DNA of 64,000 nt from an uncultured Dehalococcoidales bacterium. GTDB lineage: Bacteria > Chloroflexota > Dehalococcoidia > E44-bin15. Position numbers and translations under genes: made by a program. Shown here piece by piece: positions 29,775 to 39,675 of the stretch. How positions within the stretch are numbered: the stretch's first letter is position 1; each line of letters begins with the position of its first letter. The stretch covers positions 73,238 to 137,237 of the forward strand of contig CAYRYW010000001.1 in assembly GCA_964428725.1 (NCBI GenBank), in the 5' to 3' direction. The notes beneath the pieces are model-generated. The model searched no databases. It worked only from the letters and a program-made list of their open reading frames with translations, and was not told where the DNA came from.

Positions 29775-29863
29775 GGAGAGGTGTCCGAGTGGTTCATGGT
29801 GCCGCTCTCGAAAAGCGGTCTCGCCTCTGGCGAGCGTGGGTTCGAATCCCACCCTCTCCGCCA
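29775..29863 (+). tRNA. tRNA-Ser(CGA)
   Basis: GGAGAGG/CCTCTCC acceptor stem, anticodon arm ccgct-CTCGAAA-agcgg, long variable arm, GGTTCGAATCC, encoded CCA; TATAAT at 29760-29765. Confidence 0.97.
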
Positions 29864-29888
29864 TAGCGATAATTCTCAGAAGGGCTGG

Positions 29889-30395
29889 ATGTATAAAGCT
29901 TCTACCAAACTGATGTCGATGTCCGAGGAGGTGTGGTGGAGACACGCCAACCCCTGGAGCGGGTGGACTAGAGTAGCGACTGTCCCGTTTTTGGTCGTGG
30001 CGTTCTGGAGCCGTGACTGGCTGGGGATATATTTCCTTATTCCGGTAGCAGTTATCTTACTCTGGGCTTGGCTCAATCCACGTGTCTTCCCGAAGCCGGT
30101 GTCGACCGACCACTGGATGAGTAAAGGTGTCTTCGGCGAGAAGATATTCACCAGTCGCAAGAAAGGCAAGACCGAAGTACCTCAGCGTCATGTAATCGCC
30201 GCGAATTTGACCACAGCGATTTCGATCATCGGAGTGCTTATTCTGGTTTATGGCCTGTATGCATTGGAGGTCTGGCCCACGTTATTGGGGACAGCACTGG
30301 CCGTCCTCGGTAAAATGTGGTTTGTGGACAGGATGGTGTGGCTCTACGAGGATATGTGCGGTATCGATGAGGGATACAGGCAATGGGTAAAATAG
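29889..30395 (+). CDS. Membrane protein, DUF6653-like
   Basis: WWRHANPWSGWTR, NPRVFPKP and GEKIF pattern; hydrophobic segments; ATG 29889 lies downstream of the tRNA. Confidence 0.7.
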   Translation: MYKASTKLMSMSEEVWWRHANPWSGWTRVATVPFLVVAFWSRDWLGIYFLIPVAVILLWAWLNPRVFPKPVSTDHWMSKGVFGEKIFTSRKKGKTEVPQRHVIAANLTTAISIIGVLILVYGLYALEVWPTLLGTALAVLGKMWFVDRMVWLYEDMCGIDEGYRQWVK

Positions 30396-30410
30396 TCTGA
30401 GGGAGACGGC

Positions 30411-30893
30411 ATGGCTAAAAAAACCAGGCCGCCCGACTACTGGCGGGGCAAACTGGCCGACAGCAAGGGGCTGCCCAGGGTGGTAACCATCAGCGAAAAG
30501 ATGAGCCAGCGCTGGGGCGCGGGCACGGTCGTCATACCGGCGCCGGTGGAGGTCGATGAGATCATGAGGGGGGTGCCTCGTGGGAAGCTCATCACCATAA
30601 ACGAGATTCGGGGGGTGCTTGCCGGCAGGCATGGCGCCACCATCGGGTGCCCGATGACTACCGGGATTTTTGCGTGGATAGCTGCGAATGCGGCAGAGGA
30701 GGAGCGGGCGGAAGGCAAGAGCGATATAACACCTTACTGGCGCACGTTGAAAACGGGTGGCATCATCAACGAGAAGTATCCCGGCGGCGTCGAGGCGCAG
30801 AGGGGATTGCTGAAGCAGGAAGGGCACAGGGTGATCCAGAAGGGCAGGAGATACCTCGTCGCCGACTTTGAGAAGTGCCTGGCTTCGTCATAA
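30411..30893 (+). CDS. MGMT/alkyltransferase-like DNA-binding domain protein
   Basis: VPRGKLIT, PYWR in place of PCHR, QRGLLKQEG. Confidence 0.7.
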   Translation: MAKKTRPPDYWRGKLADSKGLPRVVTISEKMSQRWGAGTVVIPAPVEVDEIMRGVPRGKLITINEIRGVLAGRHGATIGCPMTTGIFAWIAANAAEEERAEGKSDITPYWRTLKTGGIINEKYPGGVEAQRGLLKQEGHRVIQKGRRYLVADFEKCLASS

Positions 30894-30980
30894 GATCGTT
30901 ACGAGCTACCGCCATCGCATCGCACATCGGCATATGTAGAGACGAGCGGCAAGCGCTCATTAATAGTTTTGCAGTTGCAC

Positions 30981-31070
<90 letters not shown>

Positions 31071-31244
31071 CTCAATAGAGGAAACCGCTATTTCGATTCC
31101 AATGGATTCTAGTCGATAGGGCCATGGTTCTGAAAAACCGGCGAAACGAGTTACTGTACTAACTATTTTTGATACGCGAAATCATACGCTGGAAATTATG
31201 CTGTACTTGCTGTACTTATAGTATAAATCGGCTGAGGGGGATGT

Positions 31245-31562
31245 ATGAGCGCGATAGTACTGGGAGTGATTTGCGGCCTAGCTTTCGGGGTGATCGATGC
31301 GCTGGTGATGATCCCGCTGAAATACGAGAATCGGCGAAAAAGGATAGAGGCGATATCAGCCGCTTTCCTTGAAAGATTCATGATCGGTTTCCTGATCCCC
31401 AATATGGAACTTGGGATTCATATGGCAATCGTCGGAACAATTGTAGGACTGGGGCTGAGCCTGCCATCGGCGATTATCACCAGGGCGTATGCCCCGATAG
31501 TTGGAATCGGAGCGATCGGTGGGATGATAATCGGCTTTGTGGCAAACGCCGTTTTGTTTTAA
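31245..31562 (+). CDS. Small Gly-rich membrane protein
   Basis: About four hydrophobic Gly/Ile-rich helices; RBS GAGGGG. Confidence 0.7.
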   Translation: MSAIVLGVICGLAFGVIDALVMIPLKYENRRKRIEAISAAFLERFMIGFLIPNMELGIHMAIVGTIVGLGLSLPSAIITRAYAPIVGIGAIGGMIIGFVANAVLF

Positions 31563-31607
31563 AAATGCTCCGCCGCGCTGTCACCAGTACTGCTAGGAAG
31601 CCGGTAT

Positions 31608-31635
31608 TTGACACGGTTTACATCCGTGCTATAAT
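31608..31635 (+). promoter_or_regulatory. Sigma70-type promoter
   Basis: TTGACA (31608-31613), 16 bp spacer, TGn-TATAAT (31630-31635); a CACGG/CCGTG inverted repeat overlaps the -35/spacer. Confidence 0.6.
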
Positions 31636-31698
31636 TACGTAAAGGTATCCTCGCATCAGCTTCCGGGTCGGCCTGCGAGGGTCTGGAGGACGTAGCCC

Positions 31699-33033
31699 AT
31701 GAAAATATCGATAATAGAGCCAAAGACACCCTTCTATAATTTCTACAGCGCACTGATAAAGTATTTCCCCCTGCTGGGACCGATATATATCGGCACCATG
31801 CTGAAGAACGGGGGCCACGATGTCACTGTCTATAATGAGAACATGGGTCCGATCGACTACAATCGCATTAAGGACTCGGACGTGCTGGGCCTGTCCATGA
31901 TGACCTCCACAGCTCCCCGGGGTTATGAGATCGCACAGAAATTCAGGGAGCTGAATCCTGATGGCAGGATAATCATCGGCGGAAGCCATGCCACCTTCGT
32001 CCCCGATGAAGCGGCGGAATTCGCTGACCACGTGGTAACCGGCGAAGGAGAAAGCGTCATCTGCGATCTGGTCAATCACGGCAGCAGCGAGAAGATCATC
32101 GCCGGGAGCCCTGTGGAGAAACTCGACGAATTGCCTTTCCCCGATTTCGGCATTGTTGATGGAATCAAGAACAAGAGCCGCATGCAGTTCACCCCGATAT
32201 CGACATCCCGTGGCTGCCCGTTCGACTGCACGTTCTGCTCGGTAACGGCGATGTTCGGCAGGAAGTACCGCTTTCGCTCCACCGACAGCGTCATCGAGGA
32301 GCTATCTCGCTATAAGCATCGCCGCATATTCTTCTACGATGATAACTTCGACGCCAACAAGAAGAGGACTGCAGACCTGCTGGAGAAGATGATCGAGCAC
32401 AAGATAACGCCCAAATGGATCGCCCAGACCAGGGCAAATGTGGCGAAGGACGAGGAGTTCGTCAAGCTGATGGCGCGCGCCAATTGCTTTCAGCTGTGCA
32501 TCGGGTTCGAGTCGCTCAAGCCGGAAGTTCTGGAAAGCTACAATAAAAAACAAACCCCGGATGACATTAGAAATTGCATAAAGGTGCTCCACAAGCATGG
32601 CATCAAGGTACACGGCATGTTTATATCGGATGGGTACACCGATGCTTACCACAGGCTGGGAGTGGACAGCCTTCAGCTCTGCATACTGGTACCGATACTG
32701 GGCAGCAAACTCTATAGCGCCATGAAAAGTAAAGGGCAGCTCATCACCGACAGGTTTCCCACAGACTGGCGCCTGTTCGACGGGGGGCATGTGGTTCACT
32801 GGCCGGATAACATTTCACCACACGAGATGCAGCGTGAGACAGTACAGGCAATCAAGAGCTACTATTCCAGGATCAATGTGGTCAAACTGTTGCTCAGAGG
32901 CAAGTGGGTTAACTTCCGGATAAGAATTATGGGCCACAGCATTATCAATAAATTCGAGGCACAGAACCGGGAGTACGTTGAGCAATTAAGGAAAATACGA
33001 AGCCTTAATAAGAAGACTCCGGGCTTCGTATAA
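31699..33033 (+). CDS. B12-binding domain radical SAM protein
   Basis: N-terminal cobalamin-binding-like domain (IIIGGSHATF), SRGCPFDCTFC, FYDDNF, IGFES. Confidence 0.9.
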   Translation: MKISIIEPKTPFYNFYSALIKYFPLLGPIYIGTMLKNGGHDVTVYNENMGPIDYNRIKDSDVLGLSMMTSTAPRGYEIAQKFRELNPDGRIIIGGSHATFVPDEAAEFADHVVTGEGESVICDLVNHGSSEKIIAGSPVEKLDELPFPDFGIVDGIKNKSRMQFTPISTSRGCPFDCTFCSVTAMFGRKYRFRSTDSVIEELSRYKHRRIFFYDDNFDANKKRTADLLEKMIEHKITPKWIAQTRANVAKDEEFVKLMARANCFQLCIGFESLKPEVLESYNKKQTPDDIRNCIKVLHKHGIKVHGMFISDGYTDAYHRLGVDSLQLCILVPILGSKLYSAMKSKGQLITDRFPTDWRLFDGGHVVHWPDNISPHEMQRETVQAIKSYYSRINVVKLLLRGKWVNFRIRIMGHSIINKFEAQNREYVEQLRKIRSLNKKTPGFV

Positions 33034-33060
33034 TACAAAACAAAATGAGCCAGACTTGAC

Positions 33061-33093
33061 AGAATACCCCTGCTCTGCGGGCAGGGGTATTCT
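33061..33093. terminator. Perfect 13-bp hairpin, probable terminator
   Basis: AGAATACCCCTGC-7 nt-GCAGGGGTATTCT between the radical SAM gene and dprA. Confidence 0.55.
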
Positions 33094-33127
33094 CTGATAT
33101 TGAGCCCTGTGATAGAATAGGCTATCC

Positions 33128-34252
33128 ATGAGTGACACCAAATATCGAGTAGGGTTAACACTTATTCCGGGAATAGGGCCATCCCGCTTCTCCAGGCTTG
33201 AGCAATACTTCGGGGATATGGAACATGCATGGAATGCCAGCGCCGGTGAACTGGAGGCTGCCGGCATGGATCCGAAGGCTGTCAGGTCGATCGTACACAA
33301 TCGTGATAGCATCTCTCTGGATGTGGAGATGGAGAAGCTGGATAGGCACGGGATATCAGCGGTCTCTATCAGGGATAGATCCTACCCTGCCCGCCTCAGG
33401 GAAATATACGATCCACCGCCCGTTCTGTATATCAAGGGACAGCTGTCGCCAGACGACGAGTGGTTACTGGCGGTGGTCGGGACGCGCCGTCCGACTTATT
33501 ACGGTCGGGAAGTGACGGAGGCTATGGTCAGCGATCTCGCGCGGAACCGGATAACCATTGTCAGCGGGCTGGCAAAGGGCATAGATGCAGTGGCCCACCG
33601 TGCCGCGCTTCAGGCCGGCGGGCGCACCGTCGCCGTTCTCGGGTGCGGCCTTGACCGTGTATACCCGCAGGAACATATCAAACTGGCGAGCGAGATCAGC
33701 CGGCACGGCGCGCTGGTGAGCGAGCAGCCCGTAGGCACACCCCCGCGGCGGGAGAATTTTCCGCTGAGAAACCGCATCATGAGCGGCATAAGCCTTGGCG
33801 TGCTGGTTATCGAGGCTGACCAGAAGAGCGGCGCCCGCATCACCGCCTACCGGGCGCTGGAGCAGGGGCGCGACGTTTTCGCCGTGCCCGGCAGCATACT
33901 CTCCCCGATGAGCCGTCTCCCCAACCAGCTGATACGTGAAGGGGCCAGCCTGGTGACCGGCGCCCATGACATCATGGAGGAACTGAATCTCACCATGGCG
34001 GTGCAGCATGCCGAGGTAAAACAACTGATGCCGGCCACTGAGACCGAATCCGCCATACTGGACATCCTGCGAAATGCATCCCCGGAACCAATCCATATCG
34101 ACGAGTTGAGACGCCACTCGAATATGCCAATAGCCGCTGTATCCAGCTCTCTTTCCCTGATGGAGTTGAAAGGCATGGTGAAGCAGGTGGGAGGCATGAA
34201 TTATATCATCGCCCGTGAGGCTAAAGAAATGTATCGTGTAAAGGTGGAATGA
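33128..34252 (+). CDS. dprA: DNA-processing protein DprA
   Basis: YDPPPVLY, AVVGTR, VSGLAKGIDA and FPLRNRIMSG motifs. Confidence 0.95.
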   Translation: MSDTKYRVGLTLIPGIGPSRFSRLEQYFGDMEHAWNASAGELEAAGMDPKAVRSIVHNRDSISLDVEMEKLDRHGISAVSIRDRSYPARLREIYDPPPVLYIKGQLSPDDEWLLAVVGTRRPTYYGREVTEAMVSDLARNRITIVSGLAKGIDAVAHRAALQAGGRTVAVLGCGLDRVYPQEHIKLASEISRHGALVSEQPVGTPPRRENFPLRNRIMSGISLGVLVIEADQKSGARITAYRALEQGRDVFAVPGSILSPMSRLPNQLIREGASLVTGAHDIMEELNLTMAVQHAEVKQLMPATETESAILDILRNASPEPIHIDELRRHSNMPIAAVSSSLSLMELKGMVKQVGGMNYIIAREAKEMYRVKVE

Positions 34253-36642
34253 TGGCACAGGCGCGCAAGAAACGCAATGCAAGAACGGTAGCCAAAAAGT
34301 CGAAGGCGGCGGAGGCAAAAAAATCCAGGCGCACTACTGGTGCTGCCCAAAAAGGGTCAAAAAAAGCGCAGAGGAAATCGACCGGTCATGCAGGCCGGAG
34401 CCTGGTCATCGTAGAATCGCCGGCGAAGGCACGCACCGTGGGCAAGATGCTCGATCGCGCACACTCAATCAAAGCGTCGGTGGGCCATATCCGCGACCTG
34501 CCGACGAAGTGGCTGGGCGTATATCTCGATAGAGGTTTCACCCCCAAATATGAGATCCCACAGGATAAGAAGTCGGTGGTGGAGGCGATAGAAGAGGCAG
34601 CCGGGAATGCCTCTGCCGTGTACCTGGCCACTGACCCCGACAGGGAAGGCGAGGCCATAGCCTGGCACCTTGTCGAAGCGGCACATCTGGATCGGTTGCC
34701 GGTTAAACGGGTGGTATTTCACGAGCTCACAAAAGATGCGGTGACAGAGGCGTTCAAGCATCCGCGCGACATCGACATGGACCTGGTGAATGCGCAGCAG
34801 GCGAGGCGCATCCTCGACAGGCTGGTGGGTTACAAGCTGAGCCCCTTGCTGTGCCAGAAGATCAGGCGGGGGCTTTCCGCCGGCAGGGTTCAATCGGTAG
34901 CGCTCAAACTGGTGGTAAATAGGGAGCGAGAGATCCAGCATTTCATTCCGCAGGAGTACTGGTCCATCGATGCGCTGCTGGAGAAACCGGCCACCAAAGA
35001 ACGATTTTCTGCCGGTTTCATCGGCGATATGAACGGAGATAAGATCGACATAAACAGCGAAGAGGCGGCATCGACACTGATACAGAAACTGAAAACCGCC
35101 GCTTACCGTGTCGCCGATATACGCAGGAAGGACGTGCTGCGCCAGCCGGCGGCGCCGTTCACCACCAGCACTTTGCAGCAGGAGGCGTGGCGCAAGCTGC
35201 GTTTCAACGCGCAGCGCACCATGTCCATAGCCCAGCAGCTGTATGAGGGGTTGTCCATGGGTAAAGAGGGCGCGGTGGGTCTCATCACATACATGCGCAC
35301 CGACTCCATCAGGGTAGCCCCGTCAGCCATTGAGGAGACGCGTGCATACATCCGGGACAGGTTCGGCGGGGCGTTTTTACCGAAAAGCGCGCGCGCGTTC
35401 CGCAAGAAGGCGAAAGGGGCGCAGGAGGCCCACGAGGCCATCCGCCCGACTTCCGTCGCGCGGGAGCCGATATCGGTCAAGTCTCACCTGACTCAGGACC
35501 AGTTTCGCCTGTATGAACTGATCTGGAAGCGCATGGTGTCGAGCCAGATGTCGGCCGCGATAATCGACACCACCACAGCCGATATCGAGGCGAAGCCGAA
35601 AAAGGCGAACACCTCTTACCTGTTGCGTGCCACCAGCTCAGCGGTGAAATTCCAGGGCTTCACCATCCTGTACAGTGAAGGCAAGGATGAAACCGACGAT
35701 GAAAATGGCAGGACGCCGCTACCGGCTTTGTCTGAAGGTGACCCTCTGATTCTGATAGACCTTGAGCCCGAGCAGCATTTCACGCAGCCGCCCACCCGCT
35801 ATACCCAGGCGACGCTGATAAAGGCGCTGGAGGAGTGGGGCATCGGGCGGCCTTCAACCTATGCACCTACCCTTGCTGTTATCCAGGACAGGGATTATAT
35901 AGTTCAAGACAGCGGACGTTTCCGTCCGACCGATCTGGGGATGACCGTAAGTGATTTGCTCAGCGAGCATTTCCCCAATATTGTCGACTTCGGATTCACC
36001 GCAAAGATGGAGGAGGGACTGGACCTCATCGCTCAGGGAAAGAGAGAGTGGGTCCCCTTCCTCGACGATTTCTACGGGCCGTTCGAGGAGACGCTTCGCG
36101 CAGCTAAGTCGAAAGTGGAAAAAGTGCCGGATGAACAGACTGATGAGCTTTGTGAAAAATGCGGCAAGCCGATGGTCATAAAGAACGGTCGCTACGGCAG
36201 GTTCCTGGCGTGTTCGGGATACCCCGCATGTAAGAACGCGAAACCGATCGATAAGGTGGAGCAGGCGGAGGAGCGGACCGGCGAGTCCTGTCCCACATGC
36301 GGCAAGCCTATGGTCATCAAGTCAGGGCGCTTCGGTAAATTCATCGCATGTACCGATTATCCCAGATGCAAGACAACCAAAAAAATACTCAAGAAGATCG
36401 GTGTCGCCTGCCCCAAATGCGGCCGCGACCTGGTGCAGCGCAGGAGCAAGAAGAAACGCAACTTTTACGGCTGCTCGGGATACCCCGATTGCGATTTCGC
36501 CATCAGCTATAAGCCGGTGTCGCAGCCGTGTCCTGAATGCGGCGGACTTATGGTTGTCGCAGGTAAGGGCACGGTGAAATGCACCCGCTGTAACCTCAGC
36601 CGAAAGGCTGAAGAGCCGAGCAGGGAGAAGATAGAGGCATGA
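34249..36642 (+). CDS. topA: DNA topoisomerase I with C-terminal Zn ribbons and basic N-terminal extension
   Basis: LVIVESPAKA, ATDPDREGE, SAGRVQS, ITYMRTD; repeated CxxC ribbons. Confidence 0.97.
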   Translation: MMAQARKKRNARTVAKKSKAAEAKKSRRTTGAAQKGSKKAQRKSTGHAGRSLVIVESPAKARTVGKMLDRAHSIKASVGHIRDLPTKWLGVYLDRGFTPKYEIPQDKKSVVEAIEEAAGNASAVYLATDPDREGEAIAWHLVEAAHLDRLPVKRVVFHELTKDAVTEAFKHPRDIDMDLVNAQQARRILDRLVGYKLSPLLCQKIRRGLSAGRVQSVALKLVVNREREIQHFIPQEYWSIDALLEKPATKERFSAGFIGDMNGDKIDINSEEAASTLIQKLKTAAYRVADIRRKDVLRQPAAPFTTSTLQQEAWRKLRFNAQRTMSIAQQLYEGLSMGKEGAVGLITYMRTDSIRVAPSAIEETRAYIRDRFGGAFLPKSARAFRKKAKGAQEAHEAIRPTSVAREPISVKSHLTQDQFRLYELIWKRMVSSQMSAAIIDTTTADIEAKPKKANTSYLLRATSSAVKFQGFTILYSEGKDETDDENGRTPLPALSEGDPLILIDLEPEQHFTQPPTRYTQATLIKALEEWGIGRPSTYAPTLAVIQDRDYIVQDSGRFRPTDLGMTVSDLLSEHFPNIVDFGFTAKMEEGLDLIAQGKREWVPFLDDFYGPFEETLRAAKSKVEKVPDEQTDELCEKCGKPMVIKNGRYGRFLACSGYPACKNAKPIDKVEQAEERTGESCPTCGKPMVIKSGRFGKFIACTDYPRCKTTKKILKKIGVACPKCGRDLVQRRSKKKRNFYGCSGYPDCDFAISYKPVSQPCPECGGLMVVAGKGTVKCTRCNLSRKAEEPSREKIEA

Positions 36643-37601
36643 TACCATTCATCCAGAGCAAGGAGGGCGCAGCGGAAGTCATCCGTGATTATATCCGCTA
36701 CCTTGATGCCGAGCGCCATTCGTCTCGCTACACCATAAGGAATTACACCAGGGACCTGCGCCATTTCCTCGATTTCCTGTATAAGGAAAACGTGGCTACG
36801 CTGGACGAGGTGGAACGGCAATTGCTGCGCCAGTATATCGCCAGCTTGCAGGAACAGGGATTCGAGAAGTCCAGCATATCCCGTAAGCTCAGCGCTATCC
36901 GCTCCTTTTACAATTACCTCATGGAGCGTGATATGCTATCGGCCAATCCGCTGGACACCGTTTCCTCGCCGAAAATAGACAAGAGGCTGCCCTCGTTTCT
37001 ATCGGCTGAGGAGATGACCCGGCTCGTCGATATGCCGGATGCATCCACTCCGCTGGGACAGCGGGATAAGGCCATGCTTGAGCTGCTGTACGCTTCCGGC
37101 TTGCGTGTCAGCGAACTGGCCAGCCTCGATATAGGCAATATTAATCTGGAATCGCGTGAGATTCGAATTCGCGGCAAGGGCTCCAAGGAGCGCATGGTGC
37201 TCATGGGCATGCCGGCGGCATCGGCGCTGGAGCGTTATATTAGCGAGGGGCGCAGACAGCTTATGAGCGGACCTGCGACCACGGCGCTGCTGCTCAACCG
37301 ATACGGGAGGCGGCTTACCGAACGTTCCATCCAGAAGATCGTGTCCAGGTATGCTGTCGCTGCCGGCCTGGGTAAGCGGGTCTTCCCGCACATGGTGCGC
37401 CACAGCTTCGCCACGCACCTCCTCGACGGCGGCGCCGACCTGCGTGTCGTACAGGAGCTGCTGGGGCACTCTGACCTTTCCACCACGCAGATATACACGC
37501 ATGTGACACAGGACCAGGCGCGCAAGGTCTATCTTGCGGCACACCCCAGAGCCAAAAAGACGGAGGTACAGGATGAGGATACTGCTGATCCACGGACCTA
37601 A
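36639..37601 (+). CDS. xerC: XerC/XerD-type chromosomal tyrosine recombinase
   Basis: RDKAMLELLYASGLRVSEL, GKGSKER, HMVRHSFATHLL...LLGH...TQIY; dprA-topA-xerC synteny. Confidence 0.9.
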   Translation: MIPFIQSKEGAAEVIRDYIRYLDAERHSSRYTIRNYTRDLRHFLDFLYKENVATLDEVERQLLRQYIASLQEQGFEKSSISRKLSAIRSFYNYLMERDMLSANPLDTVSSPKIDKRLPSFLSAEEMTRLVDMPDASTPLGQRDKAMLELLYASGLRVSELASLDIGNINLESREIRIRGKGSKERMVLMGMPAASALERYISEGRRQLMSGPATTALLLNRYGRRLTERSIQKIVSRYAVAAGLGKRVFPHMVRHSFATHLLDGGADLRVVQELLGHSDLSTTQIYTHVTQDQARKVYLAAHPRAKKTEVQDEDTADPRT

Positions 37602-38013
37602 CCTGAACATGCTGGGCAAGAGGGACCCGGATATCTATGGGGACCAGACGCTGGCCCAGATAGAAGCCCTGGTGGTAAAACGGGCCAAGGAGCTTGGCGC
37701 CAGCATCTTCTCCTTCCAGTCCAATCATGAGGGCGCCCTCATCGATTTCATCCAGGTGGAATCGCCCAAGTCGTCGGCAATCATAATCAACCCGGGCGCG
37801 CTCACCCATTATGGCTACTCCCTCCGCGATGCCCTGTCCGACAGCATGCTGCCGGTGGTGGAGGTGCATCTATCCAATATACATGCGCGTGAGCGCTGGC
37901 GGCACAAATCGGTAATTAAAGATGTCGCTGTCGAGCAGATCAGCGGCAAGGGATGGAAGGGGTATATCGAAGCGCTGGAGATGCTCGTCGATCGGGCGAA
38001 CGAAGTCAAATGA
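37573..38013 (+). CDS. aroQ: Type II 3-dehydroquinate dehydratase
   Basis: HGPNLNMLGKRDPDIYG, QSNHEG, INPGA and EVHLSN motifs. Confidence 0.95.
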   Translation: MRILLIHGPNLNMLGKRDPDIYGDQTLAQIEALVVKRAKELGASIFSFQSNHEGALIDFIQVESPKSSAIIINPGALTHYGYSLRDALSDSMLPVVEVHLSNIHARERWRHKSVIKDVAVEQISGKGWKGYIEALEMLVDRANEVK

Positions 38014-39065
38014 GCGGTCGCATCCACGAACTGCGCCTGCGGTTTCAGCAGGCGAACCTCGACGCCATACTCGTATCTCAGGCGGAGAACCGACGATATT
38101 TAAGCGGCTTTACTGGATCCGCCGGCTTTTTACTCATAACTCAGGCCAGCGCCCTGCTGGCGACCGATTTTCGCTATATTGAGCAGGCGCAGCAGCAGGC
38201 ACCGGATTTTGATATCTTCCCGATTTCAGGCGGCGTGGCGAACTGGTTCCCCGAACTAATATCCCGCGATGACATTAAAAGGTTGGGCGTTGAGGCTCAT
38301 GACATGTCGCAGGCAACATATCAGCATCTGACAGGCATCGTGGGCAAGGGGCAGGTCGTACCTACAACCGATATTGTTGAATCGCTGCGCGCGGTGAAGG
38401 ATCCCGGTGAGCTCGAGCGTATCCGGCGGGCGGTCGAGATCGCCGACGCCGCTTTCGCAAGCATAGTCGATCGCATAAAGCCGGGCATGACCGAGAGGCA
38501 GGTGGCCTGGGATCTGGAGAAGGCGCTGCGCGAGGGAGGCAGCGAGAGCCTGCCCTTCGATATCATCGTGGCTTCCGGACCCAACTCGGCGCTGCCGCAC
38601 CACAGGCCTGGAGACCGGGTGGTACAGGCTGGCGAGCCGGTGATCATCGATATGGGGGCGCGCGTTGAGGGTTATTGCAGTGACCTTTCCAGGACCATCC
38701 GCGTTGGCGGCAGAGAGGATGAGAAATTTGGTAAAATATATGATCTGGTGCTTGGTGCCCAGCTCACTGCAATGGCTACCATCGCCGGTGGCATGAGCGG
38801 AGAGCAGGCGGATGGATTGGCGCGGGGGGTGATCGAACTGGGAGGCTACGGAGAGCAGTTCGGGCATGGGCTGGGGCATGGTGTGGGGCTGGCGCCCCAT
38901 GAGCTGCCGCGCCTGGGCAAAGGATCTGCCGATGTGCTGGTGGATGGAATGGTATTCACCATAGAGCCGGGAATCTATATGACCGGATGGGGTGGGGTTA
39001 GAATAGAGGATACGGTTGTGCTGGAGCAGGGCAGGGTAAAAGCCCTGTCGAGAGCGCGCAAGTAA
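38010..39065 (+). CDS. Xaa-Pro aminopeptidase (M24B)
   Basis: YLSGFTGS, DMGA...YCSDLSRT, HGLGHGVG, EPGIY and GVRIED motifs. Confidence 0.9.
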   Translation: MSGRIHELRLRFQQANLDAILVSQAENRRYLSGFTGSAGFLLITQASALLATDFRYIEQAQQQAPDFDIFPISGGVANWFPELISRDDIKRLGVEAHDMSQATYQHLTGIVGKGQVVPTTDIVESLRAVKDPGELERIRRAVEIADAAFASIVDRIKPGMTERQVAWDLEKALREGGSESLPFDIIVASGPNSALPHHRPGDRVVQAGEPVIIDMGARVEGYCSDLSRTIRVGGREDEKFGKIYDLVLGAQLTAMATIAGGMSGEQADGLARGVIELGGYGEQFGHGLGHGVGLAPHELPRLGKGSADVLVDGMVFTIEPGIYMTGWGGVRIEDTVVLEQGRVKALSRARK

Positions 39066-39114
39066 TATTTAGTGTTTTGCAGCACATAAAGGCTGGCAAA
39101 AAAGGAGAACGTGA

Positions 39115-39675
39115 ATGATCGGGACAGGTGACCTTAAGAAGGGCGTGACCATCGAGATGGACGGGGTGATCTACCAGATTGTAGACTGGCAGCATATAAA
39201 GATGGGGCGGGGCAGCGCCCAGGTCAGGTTGAAGCTGCGTGACATCATCGGGGGGCACAACATAGAGCGCACATTCCAGGCAGGTGAGAAGTTCACACGG
39301 GCGCGCCTTGAGCGGGTCAGCATGCAGTACATGTACAATGACGGCGATCTGTATTACTTCATGGATTCGAAGAGCTACGAGCAGATAATGCTGAACCGGG
39401 ACCTTCTCGGTGATGCCACAGATTACCTGAAAGAAGGCCTGTCGATCGATATCATGTATTATAAAGAAAAACCGATAAGTGTCGAGCTTCCCAATTCCGT
39501 CGAGCTGGAGGTGCTGGAAACCGATCCCGGCTTCAGGGGGGACACGGCAACTAATGTAAACAAGCCCGCTAAGCTCGAGACCGGCATTACCATTCAGATA
39601 CCCCTGTTCGTAAACGTGGGGGATGTGATCAGGGTGGATACGCGCACCGGACAGTACCTGGAAAGGGTGAGCTAG
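39115..39675 (+). CDS. efp: Elongation factor P
   Basis: HIKMGRGSA, PGFRGDTA and DTRTGQY motifs. Confidence 0.97.
   Translation: MIGTGDLKKGVTIEMDGVIYQIVDWQHIKMGRGSAQVRLKLRDIIGGHNIERTFQAGEKFTRARLERVSMQYMYNDGDLYYFMDSKSYEQIMLNRDLLGDATDYLKEGLSIDIMYYKEKPISVELPNSVELEVLETDPGFRGDTATNVNKPAKLETGITIQIPLFVNVGDVIRVDTRTGQYLERVS

Noticed and set aside
29820-29834. 13-nt identity (TCGCCTCTGGCGA) between the tRNA-Ser(CGA) variable arm and the inner hairpin of the REP at about 42835-42848
   Set aside because: A short self-complementary GC hairpin; other REP copies have different loops, so coincidence is the simplest explanation.
36639-37601. Tyrosine recombinase as a sign of a prophage or ICE
   Set aside because: It sits in the housekeeping dprA-topA-xerC context with overlapping ORFs, and no mobile-element cargo is nearby.
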